Origin: Saprospiraceae bacterium
GTDB lineage: Bacteria > Bacteroidota > Bacteroidia > Chitinophagales > Saprospiraceae
Reading direction: 5' to 3'
DNA length: 57,992 nucleotides
Assembly (NCBI GenBank): GCA_028284395.1
Contig: JANQRV010000384.1
Location: forward strand, 1 to 57,992
This document shows, in pieces, positions 39,350-50,011 of this stretch (positions are counted from its first letter, which is position 1; each line of letters opens with the position of its first letter). The position numbers and the translations under genes were made by a program. The notes under the pieces are model-generated. The model was not told the origin of the DNA and did not search any database. It saw nothing but the letters and a program-made list of their open reading frames with translations.

Positions 39350-39600
39350 GCTTAAGTGATTTTTCTATATTTGCAATTGTAATTGTAATTGTTAGTTGTC
39401 AACAAAACTAATTGATAAACACCTACTAATATAATGTGTTGCAAAAACTTTATCTATTTTGAATTATTCTAAATTAAGAGAACAAACCTAGACTCTAATG
39501 CCGAATAAGCAAAATCGAATCGGCCCGATTTCATCGCATTTTTTTGTCGAATTATTCATCCGCTAAATATATCTTTACGAAACGACGGTAAGCATAAATC

Positions 39601-40092
39601 ATGCAACAGCAGATTCCAAACTTCACGGGTTTTCTAGATTTTTTTCCAGAGCTCGAACTACCCATCACCTTGAATGAGGAAATACATCACCTTTTTAGTG
39701 AAAAGAACAAGGTTTTGAATCAAGCCGCCATTCAGGCTTTTATTCTTCCGTATGAAGAAGAAGTCGATGAATTGACAGAATTCATTCCTTGCTTTAAGAT
39801 CCCCGAAACTCATGATTTTCATGCCATTGTGTACTGGAAGGCAGAACTCATGAGCTATAGTTTTACGTTGGCTAGCTTTAGCAAAAGCGGCGTATTGATC
39901 GACCGAAGAGTCATCGCGGGAACTTATTCCGATGGAAAACGGTTAACAAAATCGATTGCTACAATTGATGAAGATTGGACGATATTCATCGTTTCCGGTC
40001 AGTCCGACCACGCTTCCTCCGATTACAACGCAGCATCGAGTAAAACTCATCAACTAGAATTGCTCCCCGATGGAGTGATCACCAATTCTTAA
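39601..40092 (+). CDS. Hypothetical protein
   Basis: 163 aa with no recognisable motif. It is on the same strand as, and 32 bp upstream of, the RNase R gene. Confidence 0.35.
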   Translation: MQQQIPNFTGFLDFFPELELPITLNEEIHHLFSEKNKVLNQAAIQAFILPYEEEVDELTEFIPCFKIPETHDFHAIVYWKAELMSYSFTLASFSKSGVLIDRRVIAGTYSDGKRLTKSIATIDEDWTIFIVSGQSDHASSDYNAASSKTHQLELLPDGVITNS

Positions 40093-40124
40093 TTTTTTAA
40101 AAAAATTCCCTAACAAATCTGAAC

Positions 40125-42281
40125 ATGCCTAAAAAGAAAAAATCGAAAACCAAAGGAAACAAATTAACAGCCAAACAACTACAAACCGTCATCTTCAAAT
40201 TATTTAGAAGACATCCCAAAAAAAGATTAACACCCAAACAAGTTGCTCAAAAACTCAAAGTAGACAACAATAAAGATTCCATTCGACATGCCATTGAAGA
40301 ACTCGCCAAAGCTGGAAAATTGGCGGTACTCGAAGACAATAAATTCAAACTCATTCCCAAGTCTGCAAGCAGTTCTCCTTCTACTTTTCACGAAGGGATA
40401 GTTGATATGACCAAAACCGGTTCGGCCTACATTCTGTGCGATGACTTAGACGAAGACGTCCACGTTGCCACCAAGTATATGAACGGAGCCTTAAATGGCG
40501 ACCGCGTTCGAATCCGGGCCTGGACCCCCAGAGGGCGGCGCCGCGCAGAGGGCGAAGTTGTAGAAGTCCTCGAACGCGCTCGCGATCATTTCATGGGAAC
40601 CGTTTGGCATTATCCCAAACACGCTATTGTAACTCCCGACGGAATCCTGACCCTGGATATCAATGTGGACCACGATGAATTAAAAGGAGCCAACGACGGC
40701 GACAAAGTAGTGGTCAAAGTGATCGATTGGCAAGACCAAAGATTTAAAGGAGTCAGAGGAGTCATCACCTCCGTGCTTGGTGCAGCGGGCAGCAATGACA
40801 TTGAAATGAAGTCCATTCTGATCAACAATGGCTTCAACCTAGACTTCCCGGAAGAAGCCATGAACGAGGCAAACAGTCTTCCCATAGAGATCTCTGAGGA
40901 AGAAGTATCCAGGCGATTGGATCTGCGAAACGTTACGACTTTCACCATCGACCCCGACACGGCGAAGGACTTCGACGACGCCTTATCCATCCGGTTTCTG
41001 GAGAACGGAGACTGCGAAATTGGAGTTCATATTGCGGATGTCACCCATTACGTCAGAGGAGGATCCGTCCTTGACAAGGAAGCATTCGACCGATCTACAT
41101 CCGTATACCTCGTCGATCGGGTTTTGCCAATGCTGCCCGAAAAACTATCCAACGAACTCTGCTCCCTGCGACCGAAGGAGGATAAATTGACGTTCTCAGC
41201 GATGTTTACCTTTGATAAAAATGATAAAATTACCAATAGATGGTTTGGTAAAACGATCATTCATTCAAATCGCCGATTCACCTACGAAGAAGCACAAGAA
41301 ATCCTTGAAAACGGCCATGGGGAGTTTGCTTCAGAATTGAAGTATTTGAACAAGGTAGCCAAGAAGCTGAGAAAACAAAAATTCAACAACGGAGCCATCA
41401 ACTTTGAAACCGATGAGGTAAAATTCAAATTAGACGACAAAGGAGCACCGGTCGACATCTACCTCAAGGTTCGCAAGGATGCTCATATGCTGATCGAAGA
41501 TTTCATGCTTTTGGCCAACCGTGAGGTAGCGACTTTTATCCACAAAAAAGGCCACGACCAGGAAATCCCATACGTTTACCGAGTCCACGACGAACCCAAC
41601 CCCGATAAAGTGGAAGATTTTGCTCGTTTCGCTAAAGAATTGGGATTCGAAATGAATGTCTCCACTCCAAAAGACATTGCCCTTTCCTTCAACCGACTTT
41701 CGAAGGCAGCCCAAACCGACCGCGGCCTGAAACTGATCGAGCCGCTTGCGATCCGTACCATGGCCAAAGCCGAATATTCCACCAATAACATCGGGCACTA
41801 CGGTTTAGGCTTCGAATATTATGCCCATTTCACCTCTCCAATTCGTCGGTACTCCGATGTACTTGCTCATCGGATCCTCGAAAAGAACTTAGATACTGAT
41901 CGCTTTTACCGAAACAATAAGGAGAAGCTGGAAGAGAGATGTGAGCATATTTCAAAACAAGAGCGTAGAGCCTTGGAGGCCGAACGCGAATCGATCAAAT
42001 ACAAACAGGTAGAATTCATCGAAAACCATATCGGCGAAGAATTTAATGGCTTTATTTCAGGCATCATCGAACGCGGACTGTTCATCGAACTGGAGAGAAG
42101 TCGCATCGAAGGAATGGTCACTTTTGAATCACTAGATGAATTATTTGAAATGGACACTACCCGACTTAAAATCAAAGGAATTAACACTGGAGAAGTGCAT
42201 AAAGTCGGAGACCCGGTGAGAGTCAGAATTGTCGCCGCCAACAAAACACGTCGTCAGGTAGAAATGGCCTGGATCAAATAA
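40125..42281 (+). CDS. rnr: Ribonuclease R (3'-5' exoribonuclease, RNB family, with a C-terminal S1 domain)
   Basis: 718 aa. N-terminal HTH-like and cold-shock domains. An RNB catalytic core (DPDTAKDFDDALS...HYGLGFEYYAHFTSPIRRYSDVLAHR). A C-terminal S1 domain. Confidence 0.9.
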   Translation: MPKKKKSKTKGNKLTAKQLQTVIFKLFRRHPKKRLTPKQVAQKLKVDNNKDSIRHAIEELAKAGKLAVLEDNKFKLIPKSASSSPSTFHEGIVDMTKTGSAYILCDDLDEDVHVATKYMNGALNGDRVRIRAWTPRGRRRAEGEVVEVLERARDHFMGTVWHYPKHAIVTPDGILTLDINVDHDELKGANDGDKVVVKVIDWQDQRFKGVRGVITSVLGAAGSNDIEMKSILINNGFNLDFPEEAMNEANSLPIEISEEEVSRRLDLRNVTTFTIDPDTAKDFDDALSIRFLENGDCEIGVHIADVTHYVRGGSVLDKEAFDRSTSVYLVDRVLPMLPEKLSNELCSLRPKEDKLTFSAMFTFDKNDKITNRWFGKTIIHSNRRFTYEEAQEILENGHGEFASELKYLNKVAKKLRKQKFNNGAINFETDEVKFKLDDKGAPVDIYLKVRKDAHMLIEDFMLLANREVATFIHKKGHDQEIPYVYRVHDEPNPDKVEDFARFAKELGFEMNVSTPKDIALSFNRLSKAAQTDRGLKLIEPLAIRTMAKAEYSTNNIGHYGLGFEYYAHFTSPIRRYSDVLAHRILEKNLDTDRFYRNNKEKLEERCEHISKQERRALEAERESIKYKQVEFIENHIGEEFNGFISGIIERGLFIELERSRIEGMVTFESLDELFEMDTTRLKIKGINTGEVHKVGDPVRVRIVAANKTRRQVEMAWIK

Positions 42282-42545
42282 AATAGCCGGTAAAAAATTA
42301 CATTCTACCGGCTATGCTTTACATCATGAAATTTTTAGGAAAACATTAAGTGTTGACAAAAACAAATCTTTTTTTGGCTTAATGAGTTGTAGTCGTGACC
42401 GGCGAACCGGTCAGTCGTCTACATATATAGATGCTCGTTTCTCACAAAACGTTGGTTGGGAATGCAGAAAAATCAATTTTCCCGAAAATGGCATAAAATG
42501 CTTATATTAGACGAGTTCAATTTCCTTATCAAAAAATAGTAATTC

Positions 42546-43406
42546 ATGGGATTCTTAAATGAAATGAAAAAATTATTCTTTGGGGCTAAATCCGTAGCAA
42601 AATCCTCCATGGAAAAAGCCACAGAAGCCGGCAAGGAAGCGGGGGAAGAACTAATTGACAAGTCGGGCGACATGTTTGAAAAAGCGAAAGAAAAGATTGA
42701 AGACCTCGGCGAAGATGTATTTGAAAAAGCAACTAAACTATTTGAAAATACCAAGGACACTGTAGAGGATACGGGTTCCTCCATGAAAGAAAAATCTTCC
42801 GAAATATTGGACAAGGCCAAAAAAATAGCGGAAGATCTGGGTGATGAAGTCATGGAAAAGACAAGCGGAATTCGATCCAAAGCAAAAGAAGCCCTCGACA
42901 AAGTAGCGGACTTTACCGAAAACGTTGGAGAAAAGGTTGAGAATACGGCTGAATCGGTAGGAAGCCAGGTCATGGACCGAGGAGGCGACATCTTTGAGAA
43001 ACTGAAAGACAGCGTAGAAGACGTAGGCGGTAAGATCAAAGAAAAGACCGACCAACTCTGGCAACAAGCACAGGACGCCGGCGAAAATCTCGCTAAAAAA
43101 GCGGAAGAAGCCGGCAATAGCGAAAGCATCGATGATTCGATCAACGAGGCGCAAAAAGCGGGAGAAAACCTAGAGAAAAAAATCGAAGATACCACCGCAG
43201 CAGCAGACAGCATACTTGAAAAACATGAAAGCTTTTTCGACAAAGCAGAGCGGTTTGCCGATGGAGACTATCACGATGAAGAAATGAAAATCAGGAAAAA
43301 CCCCGATCACCAGCCGAAAGAAACGGAAGGTACGGTGCCGGGATTTGAGGACCTGGATGGTGATGGTAACGAGATTATTGACGATGCCATTATCGACGAA
43401 GACTAG
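42546..43406 (+). CDS. Acidic, Lys/Glu-rich repeat protein (LEA-like or general-stress-like)
   Basis: 286 aa of hydrophilic amphipathic repeats (KAKEKIEDLGEDVFEKATK..., EKSSEILDKAKKIAEDLGDEVMEKTS...). It is followed by a clean plus-strand terminator. The long antisense ORF 42473..43243 is a compositional artefact. Confidence 0.55.
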   Translation: MGFLNEMKKLFFGAKSVAKSSMEKATEAGKEAGEELIDKSGDMFEKAKEKIEDLGEDVFEKATKLFENTKDTVEDTGSSMKEKSSEILDKAKKIAEDLGDEVMEKTSGIRSKAKEALDKVADFTENVGEKVENTAESVGSQVMDRGGDIFEKLKDSVEDVGGKIKEKTDQLWQQAQDAGENLAKKAEEAGNSESIDDSINEAQKAGENLEKKIEDTTAAADSILEKHESFFDKAERFADGDYHDEEMKIRKNPDHQPKETEGTVPGFEDLDGDGNEIIDDAIIDED

Positions 43407-43433
43407 CGCTACTAAAGTAGTTTAAACGCCAAA

Positions 43434-43473
43434 GGCCCGCCGATCAAAAATGATCGACGGGCCTTTTCTTTTT
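43434..43473 (+). terminator. Rho-independent terminator
   Basis: GGCCCGCCGATCA / TGATCGACGGGCC stem with one mismatch, AAAA loop, then TTTTCTTTTT. Confidence 0.6.
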
Positions 43474-43907
43474 AACTTGACACAGTAATCTACCACCTTC
43501 TCTAAAAGCCAATCGAAGGGTAGATGATGGATTACTTTAACGTTCTCATAGTATATAATCTGCTCCTAAATCTTTCTCCCTCGCCATAAAGAAAACCACC
43601 ATCACCCTCGATGGCAAAAATTCCCCCTTTTACTGCATCTTTTAGATCTTGATCGGTTCATAATGCGTGAAAGTTTAATGGCGATTAAGTATATTCTGAA
43701 AAATAGTACTCAAATCTGGGAAGATTGATATGATAGCTAAAGCGAAAAATTGGTTAGATGTCTTTTTCATACCTGCGCTCTAAAAATCAGGCACATCTAC
43801 AATATAGCAACAAATATGCCAAAAAAATATATTTTAGATCTTTTCCCTTTTTTTTACCGGTTTTTCTCCCTTTATTTGTTGACTGACCAAAAGATAAATC
43901 AAACGGC

Positions 43908-44447
43908 ATGAAGCAAAAATGGCAGCGGATAAAATCCGTTAGCGGTCCAAATCTAAAACTCTTTTCTACCCGCTTTGATTATATGTTAAACCCCAGAAAC
44001 GGTGCCACAGAAAAAATGATCATACTGGAAGCAGATGACGCTTCCAACATTGTGGCACTCACCCGCGAAAACAAAATCCTTTTCGTTCGTCAATATCGGT
44101 TTGGCATTGAAGATGAAACACTGGAATTGCCTGGAGGAATTGTTGAGCCCGGAGAAATGCATCGCATTGCGGCACAGAGAGAACTCCGGGAAGAAACGGG
44201 ATATAGCGGGGGCCATTGGTCATTTCTGGGTAGTATTGCCAGCAACCCCGTCTTCATCAATAGCTATATTCATCATTGGATGGCTACGGACATCCAATTG
44301 ACTCATCAACCCAGTTTGGATGACGGGGAAGACATATCGGTCGAGTTAATCGATAAAGAAGATGTGAGGCGAAAACTATATGCTGGTTTTTTCAAACACC
44401 CGCACACGGTAAATGCTCTGGTCCTTTTCTTCGCAAAATACCGGTAA
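43908..44447 (+). CDS. NUDIX hydrolase (ADP-ribose pyrophosphatase-like)
   Basis: Nudix box GGIVEPGEMHRIAAQRELREETGY. Confidence 0.8.
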   Translation: MKQKWQRIKSVSGPNLKLFSTRFDYMLNPRNGATEKMIILEADDASNIVALTRENKILFVRQYRFGIEDETLELPGGIVEPGEMHRIAAQRELREETGYSGGHWSFLGSIASNPVFINSYIHHWMATDIQLTHQPSLDDGEDISVELIDKEDVRRKLYAGFFKHPHTVNALVLFFAKYR

Positions 44448-44450
44448 CCT

Positions 44451-45140
44451 ATGGATAAAAATAATATAGCAGCTATCGTTTTCGACGCCTATGGCACTCT
44501 ATTCAATATAGCCAGCCTGGATGCTAAGCTATCCCACTATTTTGGAAGTGACGCCAAACCGTTAGCACAGCTCTGGAGAAGGAAACAGCTTGAATACACC
44601 TGGTTGCGCAGCATGATGAACAGATACAAGGATTTCATCAATCTGACGGAAGATGCCCTTCTGTATGCCTCCAAAAAATTAGGCCTTTCATTTAAGGATG
44701 CCATCAAACAAGATTTGATCGACACCTATTACAAATTGGACACCTATCCGGAAGTTGGCGAGGCCTTACAGCTGCTTCATTCCCAATACCAACTTGCTAT
44801 TTTATCCAACGGAAACATCGAACTCTTGAAGGGGAGCACACAGCACAATGGTATCCACGGCCACTTTGCAGCTATTTACAGTGCCGACACCATTCAGCAG
44901 TACAAACCGCTACCGTTTGTCTATCAATTACCGGTAGATGGGCTGAAGGTCTCGAAGTCGAAAATACTTTTTGTTTCAACCAACACTTGGGATGTCGCCG
45001 GCGCCAAATCATTTGGGATGAATGTCGCCTGGATCAAACGCGACCCTTTAAATGTCACCGAAGAGCTGGGATTTGAGCCCGATCTCATTATAGAAGATCT
45101 GATGCAGCTAAATTACCAATTGGCAACTTCAGCCTATTGA
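44451..45140 (+). CDS. HAD-superfamily hydrolase, 2-haloacid dehalogenase type II-like
   Basis: Motif I AIVFDAYGTLFN (DxYGT). Motif II-like LAILSNG. It starts 3 bp after the NUDIX gene. Confidence 0.75.
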   Translation: MDKNNIAAIVFDAYGTLFNIASLDAKLSHYFGSDAKPLAQLWRRKQLEYTWLRSMMNRYKDFINLTEDALLYASKKLGLSFKDAIKQDLIDTYYKLDTYPEVGEALQLLHSQYQLAILSNGNIELLKGSTQHNGIHGHFAAIYSADTIQQYKPLPFVYQLPVDGLKVSKSKILFVSTNTWDVAGAKSFGMNVAWIKRDPLNVTEELGFEPDLIIEDLMQLNYQLATSAY

Positions 45141-46351
45141 TGCTTGGTCAACCGCCTAAAGGCTTCAATAGTCTGATCAACCTCGGTTGGAATCGTGTAG
45201 GCTGAGATCCCAAGACGACAGACGCCCTGACGAGCCCATATACCGGAAACCTCTGTCGCACGGATCGCATAAAAATGCCCACCCCAGCTATAAATATTTT
45301 CTGCTGCCAGGTATTTGCATACTTCTTGCGGAAATTTTCCATCTACCATGATCGCCAGAGTAGGAGCTCGTTCTGGCTCACCTATGTCAGGCCCTGCAAT
45401 CTGCACTCCTGGTAAGTTTTTCAATCCGTAAAACAACCTCTTGGCCATTTCGATTTCATGCTGATGAATCAGTTGCATCGCATTCAGAAGCCGGGCTCTT
45501 TCGCTTGTACCAGTTCCGATTTGTTCGATGAACTCAATAGCGGCCTTGACTCCTGCAATGGCCGCATGATTAAGTGTCCCGGTTTCAATTGAGAAAGGAG
45601 CATGCTGATAGGTCGTCCGTAGGCGATCCGGTTGAAGGCGATCCAGCAAACCGGTCTTGGTGTAAAGCAAGCCTATGTGAGGCCCGTAAAACTTGTAGGC
45701 AGAGCAGAGGAGAAAATCACAACCAACCGCTCTGACATCAATTGGAAAATGAGGAGCGTAATGAACCGCATCCAACAAAAGCCAGGCACCTACTTCATTC
45801 GTTAATTCGCGAGCCAGGGCTACATTGTTGATGGTGCCAAAAATATTTGATGCGTAGCCCATCGCCACTAAGCGGGTGCGGTCGTTTATCAATTTTGCGA
45901 ATCCTTCGTAATCAAGCGTGCCATCTGATTGCAGTCGAATCTCTTTCACGACGATGCCTTCTGCTCGCAAGCTGAGCCAGGGGCCCCGGTTGGCCTCATG
46001 ATCGAGTTGAGTAATCAATATTTCGTCTCCCGGTTGCAGTGTCCGACCAATGGCCTTGCTCAGGGAAAAATTTAAAGTCGTCATGTTGGGACCGAAAGAA
46101 ATCGTATGTCCGCCATCAGCTCCAAGAAAAGAAGCCACCTTTTCCCGGGTCGTTTCCATGATGGCATCCGTTTCCATGGAGGCCGCAAAAAAACCATGGG
46201 TATTGGCATTCGAACGTTTGTAGTAATCACTGATGGCATGGATAACGGCATTAGGCACTTGTGTTCCTGCCGGCCCGTCCAGGTAAACAATGGGCCGACC
46301 TTCAAGCTGCCGGTCCAAAGCCGGAAAATGGGCTCTAAAAGAAGTATTCAT
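45134..46351 (-). CDS. Class-V aminotransferase, a cysteine-desulfurase / selenocysteine-lyase-like paralogue
   Basis: PLP-dependent fold with YLDGPAGTQVP near the N-terminus and SAYKFYGPHIGLLY (the PLP lysine context). The start is taken at the internal MNTSF (46351). Confidence 0.7.
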   Translation of the reverse strand: MNTSFRAHFPALDRQLEGRPIVYLDGPAGTQVPNAVIHAISDYYKRSNANTHGFFAASMETDAIMETTREKVASFLGADGGHTISFGPNMTTLNFSLSKAIGRTLQPGDEILITQLDHEANRGPWLSLRAEGIVVKEIRLQSDGTLDYEGFAKLINDRTRLVAMGYASNIFGTINNVALARELTNEVGAWLLLDAVHYAPHFPIDVRAVGCDFLLCSAYKFYGPHIGLLYTKTGLLDRLQPDRLRTTYQHAPFSIETGTLNHAAIAGVKAAIEFIEQIGTGTSERARLLNAMQLIHQHEIEMAKRLFYGLKNLPGVQIAGPDIGEPERAPTLAIMVDGKFPQEVCKYLAAENIYSWGGHFYAIRATEVSGIWARQGVCRLGISAYTIPTEVDQTIEAFRRLTKHQ

Positions 46352-46394
46352 TGAATAAATTATTGTAGATCTAATTGAAACTATTCCTCCATTT

Positions 46395-49300
46395 TCACCT
46401 TCCCTCAACTAAGATGTTCAAAACTCCCTGCTCCTGTAAAAAGTCATTAAACTTCTTGACATCCTCCTCCCACAAGACCTCCACTTCAGAAAAATGTTTT
46501 TCCATTTGTACTCGCAAATCTTCGTATCGATCGTGCGCTCCTTGATTCGGTCGATCGTCCAGCGAATTAACGGTGGAATACAAGTAAGCAATTTGATCAT
46601 CAATCATGGATGGAAAATTGATCGGATCTTGACCACTTTCGTTTCTTTTCTGAATGAGTGTCGATTCGAGCTCATTGATTTTGGCTATGATCAATTTGCT
46701 TTTTTTGCCAATGGCTGCATCCAGGCCTGCTTTTTTCGACCGGTCAGCAGTCTCTTTTAACTGATCACGGACCGATCGAAGCTGACCAATAGTAGCGTGA
46801 CAACGATTTAAGAGATCCTTTACCAACATCGTCAGGTCATACTGCGCCCGCAGATCGGCATCGGTCTGGCTCCAGCGGGGGTCTTTTTTCAGCAAAAGTG
46901 ATTGCTCCAACTTTTGATCCCCCATCTCTAGTACGATCTTGTGTTCACCGGTTGGAGCCGTAACCCCACTCATTCGGGCAAGGGAAAAGACCGCTTTCGG
47001 CTGCACCTCCGGACTTTCATAGCTCAGATCCCAAACCAATCGGTTGATACCTTTCTTCAACGAGAGCTGGTCTTCTTTCTTATTTTTTTTAGGGTTAGAT
47101 GAAAATACTCGTCTGACCTGACCCGCTTGGTCCAAAATCGACAATTTCACCGTTTCTCTCTTCCCTGGTTTATCCTTCAGATAAAAATAGATCAAAGCAC
47201 CATTAGGTGCCGCAGTCGGTGCTGCACCTCCGCGAAAATTTCTGAATTGTGTCCGATGGGCATCTGCGGGTTTGAAAAGATGTAGATCCTTGGCCAATAG
47301 ACCTTCCGAGTATTCACGAAGGGGAGAAAGGTCGTCCAGAATCCAAAAAGAACGCCCTTGGGTCGCCACGACCAGGTCATTGTTCTTAATCGTTAGGTCA
47401 GTAATTGGCGTTATTGGTAAATTCTGCTGAAACGGATACCAGTTTTCACCATCATTCATAGAATAGTACATTCCGAATTCTGTTCCTGCAAACAGCAATC
47501 CCTTTTTGATGGGATCTTCTTTTGCTACCCGAACAAAATGATTGGCGGGAATACCATTTTTGCCGTTGGTCAGTAGTTTCCAGCTTTTTCCAAAGTCATC
47601 GGTTCGAAAAACATAGGGACTAAAATCATTCTCTCGATATTTATAAACCGACATCAAGGCCCTCCCCGGTTGGTGAGCAGAGATCTCAATAGAGTTGACG
47701 GTCCCTTCCAGGGGCATTTCTTTTGGCGTAATGTTTTCCCAATTGCGGCCATCATCTTTGGAAAGATGCACGAGACCGTCGTCACTCCCAGCCCACAATA
47801 CGCCCGGTGTATGAGGAGATTCCTCAAAGGCAAAAATCGTTGTATACAACTCTACACCAGTATGGTCGTGCTGGATGGGCCCGCCGGGAATATCTTGGTA
47901 CGCATCTTTGTTGGTCGTCAGGTCCGGGCTAATCACCTCCCAGGTGTTGCCGCCATCTCTTGTGCGGTGCACGTATTGTGAGCAGTGATATACGATGTCT
48001 GGGTCGTGCGGTGAAATCCGGATGGGGGCATTCCATTGGAATCGGTATTTGATATCCCGAGGCGCTGTACCGTCGTGCATTTGGGGATAGGCTACGATGT
48101 CTCTCGAATGACCGCGGTCCATATACTTTCGTGTAATTTGCCCGATGTATGTGCCGGCATAAATAAGGTTTGGGTTACGAGGATCCACGGCAATGTGGCC
48201 GCTTTCTCCTCCGCCAACGGCAAACCATTTTCCCTGGGGCGTCAAAGCATTTTCGAAACGACTCGGAACAGAAATCGTTGTATTGTCCTGCTGAGCTCCG
48301 TAGAGTCTGTATGGAAACTGATCATCGACCGTCACTCGATAAAATTCGGCGGTGGGTTGATTCAATTGAGAAGACCAGCTTTTTCCACCGTTCAGACTTA
48401 TACAAGCTCCTCCATCGTTGCATTGAATCATGATCTCCGGGTTATCGGGGTTGATCCACACTCCGTGATTGTCTCCATGTGGTACTCGAATTCGCTGATC
48501 AAAGCTTTTTCCACCGTCGATTGATTTGAAGAATCCTACATTGTTGGCGTAAATGGTATGCTCATCCGTCGGATGGGCAGTAATGTGCGAGTAATACCAC
48601 CCTCTCTGGCGGAGTTTGTGATCGCGATTGACCCTTTTCCAACTCTTCCCGGCATCGTCACTGCGATAGAGTCCACCTTTTTCTTCTGCTGCGGCCTGTA
48701 CCTGCGCCCAGACGCGATCCGGATTTGCCGGCGATAAAGCAAGACCAATTCGTCCTAACAATCCGGTTGGGAGACCTCCTCCGAGTTTTTTCCATTGGCC
48801 CCCTCCGTCATTGGACTTCCATATCCCCCCATCCTTACCCCCATCGATCATGGTCCAGGGTTTGCGCTCAGCCCTCCAGAAAGCAGCGTATATTTCCCGT
48901 GGGTTCTTTGGGTTCATCGCTAGATCTACCGCGCCGGTAGTGTCGCTGACTTGGAGAACAGGTTCCCAATCCATTCCACCATTTGTCGTTCGGTAAACTC
49001 CGCGTTCTTTATTCGCTCCAAAGATCTGTCCTAAAACCGCTACGTAAACGAGGTCTGGATTCTCCGGATGAACAATAATCTTCCCGATCGAACCCGATTT
49101 TGGTAGACCAATGTGTTTCCAGCTTTTACCTTGATCCACACTTTTGTAAATGCCGTCTCCGATCGATACATTTCCCCGGGGAGCAGCAGACCCGGTTCCC
49201 ACATATATGACATTACCATCAGAAGGTGCAACTTCGATGGCACCAATCGACCCAACCTTAAAATAACCATCTGAAATATTCTTCCAATTCATCCCTGCGT

Positions 49301-49535
49301 CGTCGGTCTGCCAGACACCCCCACCCGTCGTTCCCATAAAAAATGTGAAGGGCTTTGCTGCGACCCCGGTTATCGCAGTAACCCGGCCTCCTCTATGGGG
49401 TCCTACCAAACGATATTTAAGGTCTTCAAGGTTGGTTAAATTCTCCGAAGACTGCCCATTTAATCCATTGTTTTCCGGACAAAAACAAATTAAAATTAAT
49501 AGAATTAAAAAAAAATCAATGTATCTCTTATTCAT
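46395..49535 (-). CDS. BNR/Asp-box repeat protein (sortilin/Vps10- or GH74-like tandem beta-propellers), secreted
   Basis: 1046 aa with a signal peptide and more than 10 Asp-box motifs of the SxDxGxTW type (SVDQGKSW, TTNGGMDW, SNDGGGQW, SDDAGKSW, SLNGGKSW, TRDGGNTW, SKDDGRNW, SMNDGENW, TDDFGKSW). Confidence 0.7.
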   Translation of the reverse strand: MNKRYIDFFLILLILICFCPENNGLNGQSSENLTNLEDLKYRLVGPHRGGRVTAITGVAAKPFTFFMGTTGGGVWQTDDAGMNWKNISDGYFKVGSIGAIEVAPSDGNVIYVGTGSAAPRGNVSIGDGIYKSVDQGKSWKHIGLPKSGSIGKIIVHPENPDLVYVAVLGQIFGANKERGVYRTTNGGMDWEPVLQVSDTTGAVDLAMNPKNPREIYAAFWRAERKPWTMIDGGKDGGIWKSNDGGGQWKKLGGGLPTGLLGRIGLALSPANPDRVWAQVQAAAEEKGGLYRSDDAGKSWKRVNRDHKLRQRGWYYSHITAHPTDEHTIYANNVGFFKSIDGGKSFDQRIRVPHGDNHGVWINPDNPEIMIQCNDGGACISLNGGKSWSSQLNQPTAEFYRVTVDDQFPYRLYGAQQDNTTISVPSRFENALTPQGKWFAVGGGESGHIAVDPRNPNLIYAGTYIGQITRKYMDRGHSRDIVAYPQMHDGTAPRDIKYRFQWNAPIRISPHDPDIVYHCSQYVHRTRDGGNTWEVISPDLTTNKDAYQDIPGGPIQHDHTGVELYTTIFAFEESPHTPGVLWAGSDDGLVHLSKDDGRNWENITPKEMPLEGTVNSIEISAHQPGRALMSVYKYRENDFSPYVFRTDDFGKSWKLLTNGKNGIPANHFVRVAKEDPIKKGLLFAGTEFGMYYSMNDGENWYPFQQNLPITPITDLTIKNNDLVVATQGRSFWILDDLSPLREYSEGLLAKDLHLFKPADAHRTQFRNFRGGAAPTAAPNGALIYFYLKDKPGKRETVKLSILDQAGQVRRVFSSNPKKNKKEDQLSLKKGINRLVWDLSYESPEVQPKAVFSLARMSGVTAPTGEHKIVLEMGDQKLEQSLLLKKDPRWSQTDADLRAQYDLTMLVKDLLNRCHATIGQLRSVRDQLKETADRSKKAGLDAAIGKKSKLIIAKINELESTLIQKRNESGQDPINFPSMIDDQIAYLYSTVNSLDDRPNQGAHDRYEDLRVQMEKHFSEVEVLWEEDVKKFNDFLQEQGVLNILVEGR

Positions 49536-50011
49536 TTAGGGAATAATTTTTGTTCTAAGTATTTATTTCTTAAATTTGCAAAGGAAAATCACATTGAAAC
49601 GAAAGAGCCACTATCGCAAGTCTTCATTTAGCTAGTTGAAAAAATTATCCCTTCAATTGTCCTAATTCCTTTTTCAATCAATCTACCTGTCGGAAATCCT
49701 TACGTTTCGAGATTCGAAACCTGCATTTAACAAACTAGTACGAATCAGCCGGAATAATCCATTTGACTGCTAAGAACAACTTATACACTTGTTCAAAGGT
49801 GTAAAATATAAAAATAGCCTAGAATAGCTGAATTTTTTCGTCATTCCGTTGAATTTGGAATGAGCTGTTCACTCGACCTAATAATCGCATTTAACTCTTA
49901 CTATTGGCAACTATCAAAGCGGGCCCGGGCAGATCCTCCATATGGGTTCAAGGGGGAGGATTCGGCATAGCCTGTGTGTTTCGATAATTCACGATTTAAG
50001 CATTAACAGCG

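Noticed and set aside
42473-43243. 256 aa Ser-rich antisense ORF opposite the acidic repeat protein
   Set aside because: It is a mirror artefact of GAA/AAG-rich coding repeats. The plus-strand gene has a downstream terminator.
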